From an uncultured Acidobacteriota bacterium (GTDB lineage Bacteria > Acidobacteriota > Blastocatellia > Pyrinomonadales > Pyrinomonadaceae): a DNA stretch of 64,000 nt. The notes under the pieces are model-generated. The model did no database searches, was not told the origin of the DNA, and saw only the letters and a list, made by a program, of their open reading frames with translations. Made by a program: the position numbers and the translations under genes. Each line of letters starts with the position of its first letter. The stretch's first letter is position 1. The stretch spans positions 1,665,764-1,729,763 of the forward strand of contig OY969111.1 in assembly GCA_963697975.1 (NCBI GenBank). The letters are read 5' to 3'. Below, piece after piece: positions 27,631-36,561 of this stretch.

Positions 27631-29997
27631 ATGCCGAGACGCACACTGGCGCTCTTACTCTTCGTAGTTTTCATTCTTTCGCTTTCATCACCGGAAGCAA
27701 AATCGAGTGCAGAGCGCAATGCGTCGGCGCAGCCCATGACGAAAACGTTGGCGCGTGTGCCCGCGCCCGAAGAGGTGCTGGGCTTTCATCCCGGCGATGA
27801 CCGCAAGCTGGCGAGTTGGGCGAAGGTGGTCGAATACTTCAAGCGTTTGGACGCGACGAGCGACCGCGTGAAGTTTGAGGAACTGGGTAAGTCGACGATG
27901 GGCGCGCCCTTCGTCATGGCGACAATCAGCACGCCGGAGAACCTTGCGCGTCTCAACGAGTTCAAAGATATTCAGAGACAACTCGCAGACCCTCGCACAC
28001 TCGGCGCGAATGCTGACCGCAAAGCGCAACGGCTCATCGCGCGCGGGCGGACGATCGTTCTCATCACCTGCGGCATACACTCGACCGAAGTCGGCTCTTA
28101 TCTCTCATCAATGCTGATCGCGCATCGCCTTGCCTCATCCGATGCCCCCGAAATCCAGAGCATCCTGCGCGACTGCATCATCCTCATCGTCCCGTCGCTT
28201 AACCCCGACGGCGTGGACATCGTTAAGAACTGGTACGACCGCACGCTCGGCACGCCTTATGAGGGCACAGACCCGCCCATGCTTTATCACAAGTACACGG
28301 GTCACGATAACAACCGCGACTGGTATTCCTTCACACAGGTTGAGACGCAGCTTACCGTCGAGAAGATTCACAACGTCTGGCATCCGCAGATCGTCCACGA
28401 CATACACCAGCAGGGCGCATACGGCTCACGCCTCTTCCTTCCGCCCTACATGCAGCCCGTCGAACCGAACGTTCCCCCACAGATTATCGAAGGCTACACG
28501 GAACTGGGCAGTGCGATGGCAACGGAGTTGCGCGCTGGCGGATTCAAAGGCATCACGACCAATTCGACCTACGACGCCTGGACTCCGGCACGCGCCTATT
28601 CTCACTATCACGGCGGCGTCCGCATTCTCTCCGAAACAGCTTCGGCCAAAATCGCCACGCCCATCACACTCAAATTCGAGGAATTGCGCTCGCGCGAAGG
28701 CTACGACCCGCAGAAAGAGTCCGACAAATTCGGCCCAGTCTGGAAGGGCGGCGAGTGGCACCTGCGCGACATCACCAATTACATGACGACCGCCGCCTTC
28801 TCGCTTCTGAAGCACGCCGCGCGAGATAGGGAGCGGTGGTTGACGAGATTTTATGAGATTGGAAAAGAAGCCGTGAGGCCGAGAAAGAAGGGCGAGCTGT
28901 TCGGGTTTGTGGTTCACCACAATTCCTGGCTGCCGGGAATACTATCTCGCGCCGGAGTGGAAATTAAGCAGGTGGAACAAGTCACCCTCAACGGAACAAA
29001 ATACCGGAGGGGAAGTATGGTGATAAGAATGAACCAGCCATACGCTAATTTCGCGAAAGCATTATTGGAGGCGCAACACTATCCGAACTTGCTGGATTCG
29101 TCTGGTCATCCCATTCCTCCTTACGATGTGACGGCCCATACGCTGTCGCTCTTGATGGGTGTTGAAGCCGTGCCGGTTTTTTCGCCATTCAAGTACAGGG
29201 AGTTGCGCCCCAAAGATTACGTCCTGCCGAGCGGTTACATTTTGGCTACCATAAATAACGCTAAGCTCTTTATTTACAAATCCCATGTTCCTTCGATGGA
29301 TGAAGGGTGGACGCGATGGATGCTTGAGCAACAGATGATTGAACCGGCTGTAATTAATTACGCTCTGGATGACGGGCGCGTTCACGCGGGTAATTTACGA
29401 GCGCGCGCCAACACCATTATCATACCCGACCAATCGCCGGACGCGATTCTGGGCGGGCACAAACCCGGCTCGATGCCGGAAGAATACACGGGCGGCCTCG
29501 GCGCTGAAGGCGTTAAGAGTTTACGCGAATTTGTCGAACAGGGCGGAACGCTCGTCTTTCTAAATCGCGCTTCGGATTTCGCCATCGAACAGTTCAATCT
29601 TCCCGTTCGCAACGTCGTCGCAGGTCTCAAACGCACGGAGTTCTACGCTCCCGGCTCTATCCTGCGCGTCGAGCTTGATACCTCGCATCCTATAGCTAAA
29701 GGAATGCCGAAGGAATCAATCGCGTGGGTAGAAAATTCACCCGTCTTTGAAATCAAGAGCGACCCGCTGGCGTTGGTGCGCGTCCGCATCATCGCACGCT
29801 ACCCGCAAACGGCTAATCCGCTGCTTTCCGGCTGGCTCTTGGGCGGAGAACGTCTCAAAGGCAACGCGGCTCTCGTCGAGGTGGGTTTAGGCGAAGGCCG
29901 CATCTATTTGTTCGGCTTTCGCCCGCAGTATCGCGGGCAATCGCTGGCGACGTACCCGCTCTTTTTCAACGCCATCACGCAAACAAGCAGGGATTAA
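27631..29997 (+). CDS. M14-family zinc carboxypeptidase with long C-terminal extension
   Basis: Signal peptide. Zn ligands HSTE. NPDG. HDNNRDW. AGGGAG RBS before the ATG at 27631. Confidence 0.75.
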   Translation: MPRRTLALLLFVVFILSLSSPEAKSSAERNASAQPMTKTLARVPAPEEVLGFHPGDDRKLASWAKVVEYFKRLDATSDRVKFEELGKSTMGAPFVMATISTPENLARLNEFKDIQRQLADPRTLGANADRKAQRLIARGRTIVLITCGIHSTEVGSYLSSMLIAHRLASSDAPEIQSILRDCIILIVPSLNPDGVDIVKNWYDRTLGTPYEGTDPPMLYHKYTGHDNNRDWYSFTQVETQLTVEKIHNVWHPQIVHDIHQQGAYGSRLFLPPYMQPVEPNVPPQIIEGYTELGSAMATELRAGGFKGITTNSTYDAWTPARAYSHYHGGVRILSETASAKIATPITLKFEELRSREGYDPQKESDKFGPVWKGGEWHLRDITNYMTTAAFSLLKHAARDRERWLTRFYEIGKEAVRPRKKGELFGFVVHHNSWLPGILSRAGVEIKQVEQVTLNGTKYRRGSMVIRMNQPYANFAKALLEAQHYPNLLDSSGHPIPPYDVTAHTLSLLMGVEAVPVFSPFKYRELRPKDYVLPSGYILATINNAKLFIYKSHVPSMDEGWTRWMLEQQMIEPAVINYALDDGRVHAGNLRARANTIIIPDQSPDAILGGHKPGSMPEEYTGGLGAEGVKSLREFVEQGGTLVFLNRASDFAIEQFNLPVRNVVAGLKRTEFYAPGSILRVELDTSHPIAKGMPKESIAWVENSPVFEIKSDPLALVRVRIIARYPQTANPLLSGWLLGGERLKGNAALVEVGLGEGRIYLFGFRPQYRGQSLATYPLFFNAITQTSRD

Positions 29998-30123
29998 ACC
30001 GTCCACCGAAAAATTAAACCTTGCGGGGGCGATTAGCGTATAATGTTTCTGCGGATGGAACGCCCGGCAGAAGCGCAAAGAAAGGGAAAGCCGTAGCGCA
30101 GGGTGTTCTGAATCAGGCCAAGA

Positions 30124-30822
30124 ATGGTCACGCTTCTCATCACCTCTTTTTTCCTGCTTGCTGGAATCACTTACGTCATTTATCTCTGGCAACGCCCTTC
30201 GTCTAATCAACAAGCGGAGCTTAACTTTCCGCCACCACGCGCTGTCGGACTGTTCGACGATAACGGCTTAAATGAGCTGCCGCGTGAGTTACCAGCCGGA
30301 GAACAGGTCGCAGAAGAAGACCGTCGGGCGCTGCTCGCACGCGCCGCAGCAGGTGACAAAGAAGCGCTCACGGAAGCGCTCGCCTCACCGGATACGGGCG
30401 TTTACGATGAAGTCTTAAACAAACTAATCGAGGGCGCGCATTCCGATAAGGCGCTTCTTGCGCTCGCTTCCTACATCACGAGAAGCGACGCGCATCTCAG
30501 AATCAACAATCGTCTGGCTGAAAAATTCATCGAAAGCTGGAAGAGCGCGCCCGACAGGAATTCGACGGCGAAGATGCTGCACGTCGCGGCGCTCGCCGGT
30601 GACGCGAGCTTTTATCAAACGGCAATCGAAACAGCGTATCAATTCTGGCGCGAGCGGAGATTAACAGGAATCTCTGCGGACGAGTTGCGCCAGCTCATCG
30701 AGAGCGAATTCTGGATACTCGCTCCCCCAGTGAGAAATTCCGGCGCGGGCTTTGTGCTCAAACGCAAGCTCGCGCAACTTCGCCGCCAACTCGTCGCAGC
30801 GGCAAAACAAAGTGATGGGTGA
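30124..30822 (+). CDS. membrane-anchored hypothetical protein
   Basis: N-terminal TM (LLITSFFLLAGITYVIYLW) with an alpha-helical remainder. Stop codon embedded in the GGTGATR hairpin. Confidence 0.4.
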   Translation: MVTLLITSFFLLAGITYVIYLWQRPSSNQQAELNFPPPRAVGLFDDNGLNELPRELPAGEQVAEEDRRALLARAAAGDKEALTEALASPDTGVYDEVLNKLIEGAHSDKALLALASYITRSDAHLRINNRLAEKFIESWKSAPDRNSTAKMLHVAALAGDASFYQTAIETAYQFWRERRLTGISADELRQLIESEFWILAPPVRNSGAGFVLKRKLAQLRRQLVAAAKQSDG

Positions 30823-30890
30823 TGGGGTGATAGGTGATAAGACAAAACATGTTCTTTCTTATCACCCATCACTTATCACCTATCACCTGA
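30810..30890. repeat. heptamer-stem hairpin (GGTGATR class) overlapping a stop codon
   Basis: AGTGATGGGTGATGGGGTGATAGGTGATAAG ... CTTATCACCCATCACTTATCACCTATCACC. Confidence 0.75.
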
Positions 30891-30902
30891 TTGAGGTTCA
30901 TT

Positions 30903-33098
30903 ATGAACAACTCTGACATTGCGGCTTATCTGCCGTACATCATCGTGGGTTTCGTTCTACTCGTCTTGCTGATCTTCATCGTGAGACGCATCTTCGTCAA
31001 CGTCGGTGCGAAAGAGATTGCGATTAAGGAACGGCGTTATCTCGGCGCGAAGATGCCTCCCGGTCGTGTGGTTGCGACCGAAGGCGAAGTCGGTATTCAG
31101 GCCGATGTCTTAAAGCCGGGGCTACATTTAATCAAATGGCCGTTTGAGAAGGTCGTGCGGAAAGTGCCGCTGATCGAAGTCGGCTCAGACGAGCTTGGCA
31201 TCATCGAAGCCGTGGACGGCGAGCCGATGCCGCCGGGCGGAATCTTCGCGCCCGACCGCGCGCAGAACGCGCACAACAATTTTCAGGACCCGATTGCTTT
31301 CATCAAACGCGGCGGCGTCAAAGGCATCCAGCTTCGCACGCTGCCGCCGGGACTGTGGCCGATTCACCCTTACCTTTTCCGCGTCTCCGTTGCGAAGACG
31401 ACCATCGTGCCGCCGGGCAAAGTCGGCGTCACGACGGCAGCCGACGGAGCGCCGCTCGATGCTGGACGCCTGCATGGTAAAGCCATCGAGAACCACAAAA
31501 ACTATCAGGACGCCGAGCTATTCATGAGCAGCGGCGGTCAGAAAGGCCCGCAGGTCGAGATTCTGACGCCGGGAACTTATCGCATCCTGACGAACTCCCT
31601 TGATATTGACGACCAAAACCTGATGAAGCCGGGACTCTTCACCGTCCGGCTTTTCGATGCGACCGTCATCTCTGAGAATCAGATTGGCCTCGTTGAAGCA
31701 CTGGACGGTGCGCCGCTTGATCCGCGCGATTACGTCGCCACGCCCATCGAGGGACACGACAATTTTCAGGACTGCAACGAGTTTATCCGTAGCGGCGGCC
31801 AGCGCGGACCGCAGAAGGACATCCTGCTGCCCGGCACTTACTACATCAACCCGCTCGTCTTCAAAGTGATTCCCGAATCGGCGAAGGAGATACAACCGGG
31901 CGAAGTTGCCGTCATCGTCTCCAACATCGGCAAAGACCCCGGCGAAGAGATTCGCAAGCAGATGGCCGCGAAGGTGCGCGAACGGATGGAGCGTGAAGAA
32001 CAGGCGCACGTCTCGCAAGCAGCCGCACGTCTGGACAAACTCTCCGACGAGAGCCGTAATGTTGCGGAGATTCAGGAAGACCTGATGTCGGGCGACCCCG
32101 CAGACCGCCGTCTGGACGAAGGCGCGCACGAAGCCTACGTCGTGCCGGAAGGTTATCGAGGGATTCAGGAGACGGTCGTCGGCCCCGGTCGCTACTACGT
32201 CAACACGCTCGCCATCAGCCCCATCGTCATCCCGACGACGAACCAGACCGTCGAATGGACGGCGGGCGAAGTGAACCAATCGTTCAACCCCTTCGAGGTC
32301 ATCTCGAAGGACGGCTTCACGATGCAGTTGGAGGTGCGCGTCGTCTTCCGCGTCAAACCTGAAGACGCGCCCTTCATGGTCGCCAAGATCGGCTCGATTG
32401 ATAAGCTGATTCAAAACGTGATGCACCCGCTGATTGACTCCATCTTCCGCAATCAGGCTTCGGAATCGAGCGCGATGGCCTATCTTCAAAACCGCCACGA
32501 GGAACAGGAACGTGCCGAGGCTCGCGTTCGCGCGCACCTCTTGAAGTATCACGTTGATGTGGTCAACGTTCTGATCTGCCACATACATCTTCCGGCAGAG
32601 TTGATGAAGACGCAGACCGAGAAGATTCTCGCAGAGCAGCGCCAGAACATGTTCGACGCGCAGCGCGAGGCCGAAGAGAAGCGCATCCAACTTGAGAAGA
32701 TTACGGCGCAGGCCAACAATCAGAAAGACTTGATGGCGGCGACCGTCGGCGTCGAAATCTCAGGTAAGCGAGCCGAACAGCGTAAGGCGGAGGCCGAGGG
32801 CGAGGCGCACTACATCTTAGCGACGGGTAAGGCCGAAGCCGAGAAAGTGCGGCTGATGGGTGAAGCGCAGGGCGTGGCCTATCACGAACAGGTCAACGCG
32901 CTCGGCGCGCAGGGTGTCGCGCTCGTCGAAACCCTAAAGGTCATCGGCGAGAAAAATGTCCGCATCACGCCCGACGTGCTGGCTTCGGGCGGCACGGGCG
33001 ACGGCGCGGGCGGCATCGGAACCTTGCTCTTGCTCAATTTGTTCAAAGACCGCTTGAACCTTCCGGCGGAGAACGGATCGAAAGCGCCAGTGAAGTAG
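30903..33098 (+). CDS. SPFH/flotillin-family membrane protein with inserted triple repeat
   Basis: N-terminal TM. SPFH core. Flotillin-type C-terminal AEAEGEAHYILATGKAEAEK segment. Three repeats of about 80 aa (DG.P...G...FQD...F...GG..G.Q...LpPG.Y). Confidence 0.7.
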   Translation: MNNSDIAAYLPYIIVGFVLLVLLIFIVRRIFVNVGAKEIAIKERRYLGAKMPPGRVVATEGEVGIQADVLKPGLHLIKWPFEKVVRKVPLIEVGSDELGIIEAVDGEPMPPGGIFAPDRAQNAHNNFQDPIAFIKRGGVKGIQLRTLPPGLWPIHPYLFRVSVAKTTIVPPGKVGVTTAADGAPLDAGRLHGKAIENHKNYQDAELFMSSGGQKGPQVEILTPGTYRILTNSLDIDDQNLMKPGLFTVRLFDATVISENQIGLVEALDGAPLDPRDYVATPIEGHDNFQDCNEFIRSGGQRGPQKDILLPGTYYINPLVFKVIPESAKEIQPGEVAVIVSNIGKDPGEEIRKQMAAKVRERMEREEQAHVSQAAARLDKLSDESRNVAEIQEDLMSGDPADRRLDEGAHEAYVVPEGYRGIQETVVGPGRYYVNTLAISPIVIPTTNQTVEWTAGEVNQSFNPFEVISKDGFTMQLEVRVVFRVKPEDAPFMVAKIGSIDKLIQNVMHPLIDSIFRNQASESSAMAYLQNRHEEQERAEARVRAHLLKYHVDVVNVLICHIHLPAELMKTQTEKILAEQRQNMFDAQREAEEKRIQLEKITAQANNQKDLMAATVGVEISGKRAEQRKAEAEGEAHYILATGKAEAEKVRLMGEAQGVAYHEQVNALGAQGVALVETLKVIGEKNVRITPDVLASGGTGDGAGGIGTLLLLNLFKDRLNLPAENGSKAPVK

Positions 33099-33125
33099 CA
33101 CTAGAAATCTTTCGGTTATTTGTTT

Positions 33126-33158
33126 AGGCTGCTCTCTCACGGAGCAGCCTAAATTTTT
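33126..33158 (+). terminator. intrinsic terminator after flotillin-like gene
   Basis: AGGCTGCTC-tctcacg-GAGCAGCCT followed by AAATTTTT. Confidence 0.6.
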
Positions 33159-33185
33159 ACTCCTCCCCGTATGCCCGGAGCGCAC

Positions 33186-35084
33186 ATGAAAAATAGAATG
33201 CTTAAAACTAATGCCCTGCGGTTCTTATTCGGATTCATCTTTCTCTTTTCCGCATGGCCGCTCCTCGCTCAAACCGCACCCGCACCGTCGCCTACGCCTG
33301 CGCCGGTTCAGGCGTTCGATAAAACCGAAAAGATGATCACGATGCGCGACGGCGCGCGCCTGTACACGGAAATCTTCGTGCCGAAAACGGCGCGTGAGCC
33401 GCTGCCGATAATTTTCTTACGCACGCCTTACGGCATCATCGGCTGGGGTGAGCGATCCATCAATGGAGCTTTTCTCAAAGAGTTGGTGGACGAAGGCTAC
33501 ATCTTCGCCTTTCAGGACATTCGCGGGCGTTTCAAATCTGAAGGCCAGTTCGTCATGGACCGCCCGCCACGCTCTTCACCCGACCCGAAAGCCATTGATG
33601 AGGGCACGGACGCCTATGACACGATTGACTGGATGGTGAAGAACGTCCCGCGTAATAACGGGCGCGTCGGGATGACCGGAGGTTCTTACGATGCGTTGCT
33701 GGCGGTGCTGGCAACATTAGAGCCGCATCCGGCTTTGAAAGCGGTGTCGGAGCAGGCGACTCCGGCTGACCTGTTTCTCGGCGACGATTTTTTACACAAC
33801 GGCGCGTTCCGTCTGAGCTACGGCTTCGAGTATGCCTACCAGTTGGAATCTTCTAAAGAGAACGCCGAGTTTGAATTCGACCGCTACGATACCTACGATT
33901 GGTATCTGAGGCTTGGCGCAATCTCAAACGCCGACGCGAAATATTTTAAGGGCAAGCTGCCCACCTGGAACAACTTCGTGCAGCATCCGAACTATGACGA
34001 GTTCTGGAAAAACATGGCGCTGACCTACCATCTAAAGCGCCCGCTTGTTCCGATCATGCATGTCGCGGGCTGGTGGGATCAGGAAGATTTCTATGGCCCG
34101 GTCAAGGCTTACGAGGTGCTGGAAAAGGCGGACTCTAATCACCTGAACTATCTGGTCGTCGGCCCCTGGAATCACGGCGGCTGGGAGCGGCGCGACGGCG
34201 ATAAGATGGGGAGCATCAATTTCGAGAGCGCAACGAGCAAGCATTTCCGCGAACGGATTCTTGCGCCCTGGTTCGCGCACTTTTTGAAAGACAAGGGGAA
34301 TTGGAGTCAGCCGGAGGCAATCACGTTTCAGACCGGAGCGAACAAGTGGATGTCTTATGACAGTTGGCCGGTGCGTTCCGGTGTCACCGACCGCAATCTG
34401 TATTTTCACAGTAACGGGCGGCTCTCCTTCGCTTCACCTCAGCAAAACACTTCAAGAGAATTTGACCAGTACGTCTCCGACCCGGCTCATCCTGTTCCCT
34501 ACAGGTCGCGTCCCATCGAGCCGACTTATAATCCGTCAGCGAAGGGAAACTCACGCTGGTATACATGGCTGCTCGAAGATCAACGCTTCGTTCACCAGCG
34601 CCCGGACGTGCTGTCATGGGAAACTGAAACGCTACAGGAGGATGTGGTCGTTTCAGGCAACATCGTCGCTCACCTGTTCGCTTCGACCTCCGGCACTGAC
34701 AGCGATTGGGTAGTAAAGTTGATTGACGTTTACCCGGAAGAGTACGCCAAAGACCCGAAGATGGGCGGATATCAGTTGATGATCGCGAACGAAATCCTGC
34801 GTGGCCGCTTTCGCAAGAGCTTTGAGAAACCTGAGCCTGTGCTGCCCAATCAGGTCAACGAGTACGTGATTGATTTACACACCTCAGATCATCGTTTTCT
34901 GAAAGGGCACAAGATCATGGTGCAGGTTCAGAGCACGTGGTTTCCCCTCTACGACCGCAACCCGCAAAAGTTTGTGCCCAATATTTACATGGCGAAGGAT
35001 TCGGATTATCAAGCGGCAACGCAACGCGTGTTTCGCTCGAAACGCTTTTCATCTCACCTCAAGCTCCCGGTTGCGGCAAAGTAA
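33186..35084 (+). CDS. CocE/NonD-family hydrolase (S15 X-Pro dipeptidyl-peptidase-like), secreted
   Basis: Signal peptide. Nucleophile elbow GGSYDA. Large C-terminal beta domain. GGAG RBS before 33186. An alternative ATG at 33171 is possible. Confidence 0.75.
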   Translation: MKNRMLKTNALRFLFGFIFLFSAWPLLAQTAPAPSPTPAPVQAFDKTEKMITMRDGARLYTEIFVPKTAREPLPIIFLRTPYGIIGWGERSINGAFLKELVDEGYIFAFQDIRGRFKSEGQFVMDRPPRSSPDPKAIDEGTDAYDTIDWMVKNVPRNNGRVGMTGGSYDALLAVLATLEPHPALKAVSEQATPADLFLGDDFLHNGAFRLSYGFEYAYQLESSKENAEFEFDRYDTYDWYLRLGAISNADAKYFKGKLPTWNNFVQHPNYDEFWKNMALTYHLKRPLVPIMHVAGWWDQEDFYGPVKAYEVLEKADSNHLNYLVVGPWNHGGWERRDGDKMGSINFESATSKHFRERILAPWFAHFLKDKGNWSQPEAITFQTGANKWMSYDSWPVRSGVTDRNLYFHSNGRLSFASPQQNTSREFDQYVSDPAHPVPYRSRPIEPTYNPSAKGNSRWYTWLLEDQRFVHQRPDVLSWETETLQEDVVVSGNIVAHLFASTSGTDSDWVVKLIDVYPEEYAKDPKMGGYQLMIANEILRGRFRKSFEKPEPVLPNQVNEYVIDLHTSDHRFLKGHKIMVQVQSTWFPLYDRNPQKFVPNIYMAKDSDYQAATQRVFRSKRFSSHLKLPVAAK

Positions 35085-35200
35085 AGATAACGGTTGATAG
35101 CCTGTTCCTGCGCGCAAATTAAAATCATTTTGATCGCAACAATCGGATAGATTGGAGGGCAGGCTTCACCTATTATCTAAGCCTGGAGGTCATCATCATT

Positions 35201-36295
35201 ATGACGCAAGACCAAATAGCGATTGAAGAAATGCAGGCCATAGATGAAGAAATACGCTGGCGGGCCGTGCAAACGAGAGATGCAAAATTCAACGGCATCT
35301 TCGTGTATGGCGTGCGCTCGACAGGTATTTACTGCAAACCATCGTGCGCCTCGCGTAAACCGCGCCGCGAGCGCGTCACGTTCTTTCCCTCGTGCGAAGA
35401 GGCAGAAGCCGCGGGTTTCCGCGCGTGTCGCCGCTGCCAGCCGCGTAACGTTTCGGCACGCGCTCCGCAAACCGAGATGGTCATACGCGCCTGTCGCCTG
35501 ATTGAAGAAAGCAAAGACGATTCAATCTCGCTCGCCAAACTGGGCGCAGAGCTTGGCATCAGCCCGCACCATCTGCAACGCATATTTAAGAGCATCACAG
35601 GCGTCAGCCCGCGCCAGTACGCGGCGGCACACAGGCTGGAACAGTTCAAGACACAAATCAGACGGGGCGAAGGCGTGACCGGCGCGATGTACGACGCGGG
35701 CTATGGCTCAAGCAGTCGTCTTTACGAGAAAGCGCCGGAGCAACTCGGCATGACCCCCAAGACTTATGCACGTGGAGGACGTGGAATGAATATTAATTAT
35801 ACGATTGCGGACAGCCCTTTAGGAAAACTGCTCGTGGCGACGACCGAGCGCGGGATTTGCGCGGTGACTCTTGGAGACGCTGAAACCGAACTGGAAGCAT
35901 CGCTTGTCAGGGAATATCCGAACGCCGACATTCGCCGCGACGGAAATGGATCAGGCGAGGCGATAGAGCAATTGCTCGGCTATCTCGGAGGAGATGAGCG
36001 GCGACTCGATCTGCCGCTGGATTTGCAGGCGACCGCGTTTCAACTGAGCGTGTGGGAAGAACTGCGGCGCATCCCTTACGGCAGCACGCGCTCTTACAGC
36101 GAGGTGGCGGAAGGTCTCGGACAGCCGAAGGCCGTGAGAGCCGTCGCGCGAGCGTGCGCGACCAACCCGGTGGCGCTCGTCACGCCCTGTCATCGAGTCG
36201 TGAAACAAGACGGGAGCTTGAGCGGTTATCGCTGGGGCGTCGAGCGCAAGGCGAAATTGCTGGCAAGGGAGCAAGCTGTTAAGGAGTCCCGTTAG
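35201..36295 (+). CDS. ada: bifunctional Ada: N-terminal Zn methylphosphotriester repair domain, AraC HTH, C-terminal O6-methylguanine-DNA methyltransferase
   Basis: N-Ada Cys cluster (CKPSCASRKP ... CRRCQP). AraC-type HTH. Active-site PCHRVV. Confidence 0.85.
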   Translation: MTQDQIAIEEMQAIDEEIRWRAVQTRDAKFNGIFVYGVRSTGIYCKPSCASRKPRRERVTFFPSCEEAEAAGFRACRRCQPRNVSARAPQTEMVIRACRLIEESKDDSISLAKLGAELGISPHHLQRIFKSITGVSPRQYAAAHRLEQFKTQIRRGEGVTGAMYDAGYGSSSRLYEKAPEQLGMTPKTYARGGRGMNINYTIADSPLGKLLVATTERGICAVTLGDAETELEASLVREYPNADIRRDGNGSGEAIEQLLGYLGGDERRLDLPLDLQATAFQLSVWEELRRIPYGSTRSYSEVAEGLGQPKAVRAVARACATNPVALVTPCHRVVKQDGSLSGYRWGVERKAKLLAREQAVKESR

Positions 36296-36355
36296 GGATG
36301 ATTGGAAATAGCCCGGCGATTATGGTCTTTGACAACTCAATTGGGTAATCAGGTT

Positions 36356-36545
36356 TTATCCCCGAAGGGGATATATATAATAGCCGGGGGCATCGCCCCC
36401 GGTTACACAACACCACACGTTCCGACCCTGAAGGGGTCGTATATGCAACATTGAATATACGACCCTTTCAGGGTCGGATTCTTTATGGGCGTGCGTGACC
36501 AGGGGCGTTGCCCCTGGCTATTGCATATGACCCTTTCAGGGTCAA
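36356..36545. repeat. composite REP-like multi-hairpin element
   Basis: ATCCCCGAAGGGGAT. CCGGGGGCATCGCCCCCGG. GACCCTGAAGGGGTCGTATAT ... ATATACGACCCTTTCAGGGTC. ACCAGGGGCGTTGCCCCTGG. GACCCTTTCAGGGTC. Confidence 0.75.
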
Positions 36546-36561
36546 AGATTGTAAATCATCT

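Noticed and set aside
28130-28786. 218-aa Ser/Thr/Arg-rich ORF in alternative frame of the M14 peptidase gene
   Set aside because: Low-complexity product. Overlaps the catalytic motifs of the real gene in another frame.
30000-30060. Perfect TATAAT box (GCGTATAATG) upstream of the 30124 gene
   Set aside because: No acceptable -35 hexamer at 16-18 nt spacing (TTGCGG sits at 12 nt). Left unannotated.
31518-32690. 390-aa ORF antisense to the flotillin-like gene
   Set aside because: No motifs. Arg/Leu/Val-rich composition typical of GC-rich antisense frames. The sense gene has clear SPFH/flotillin signatures.
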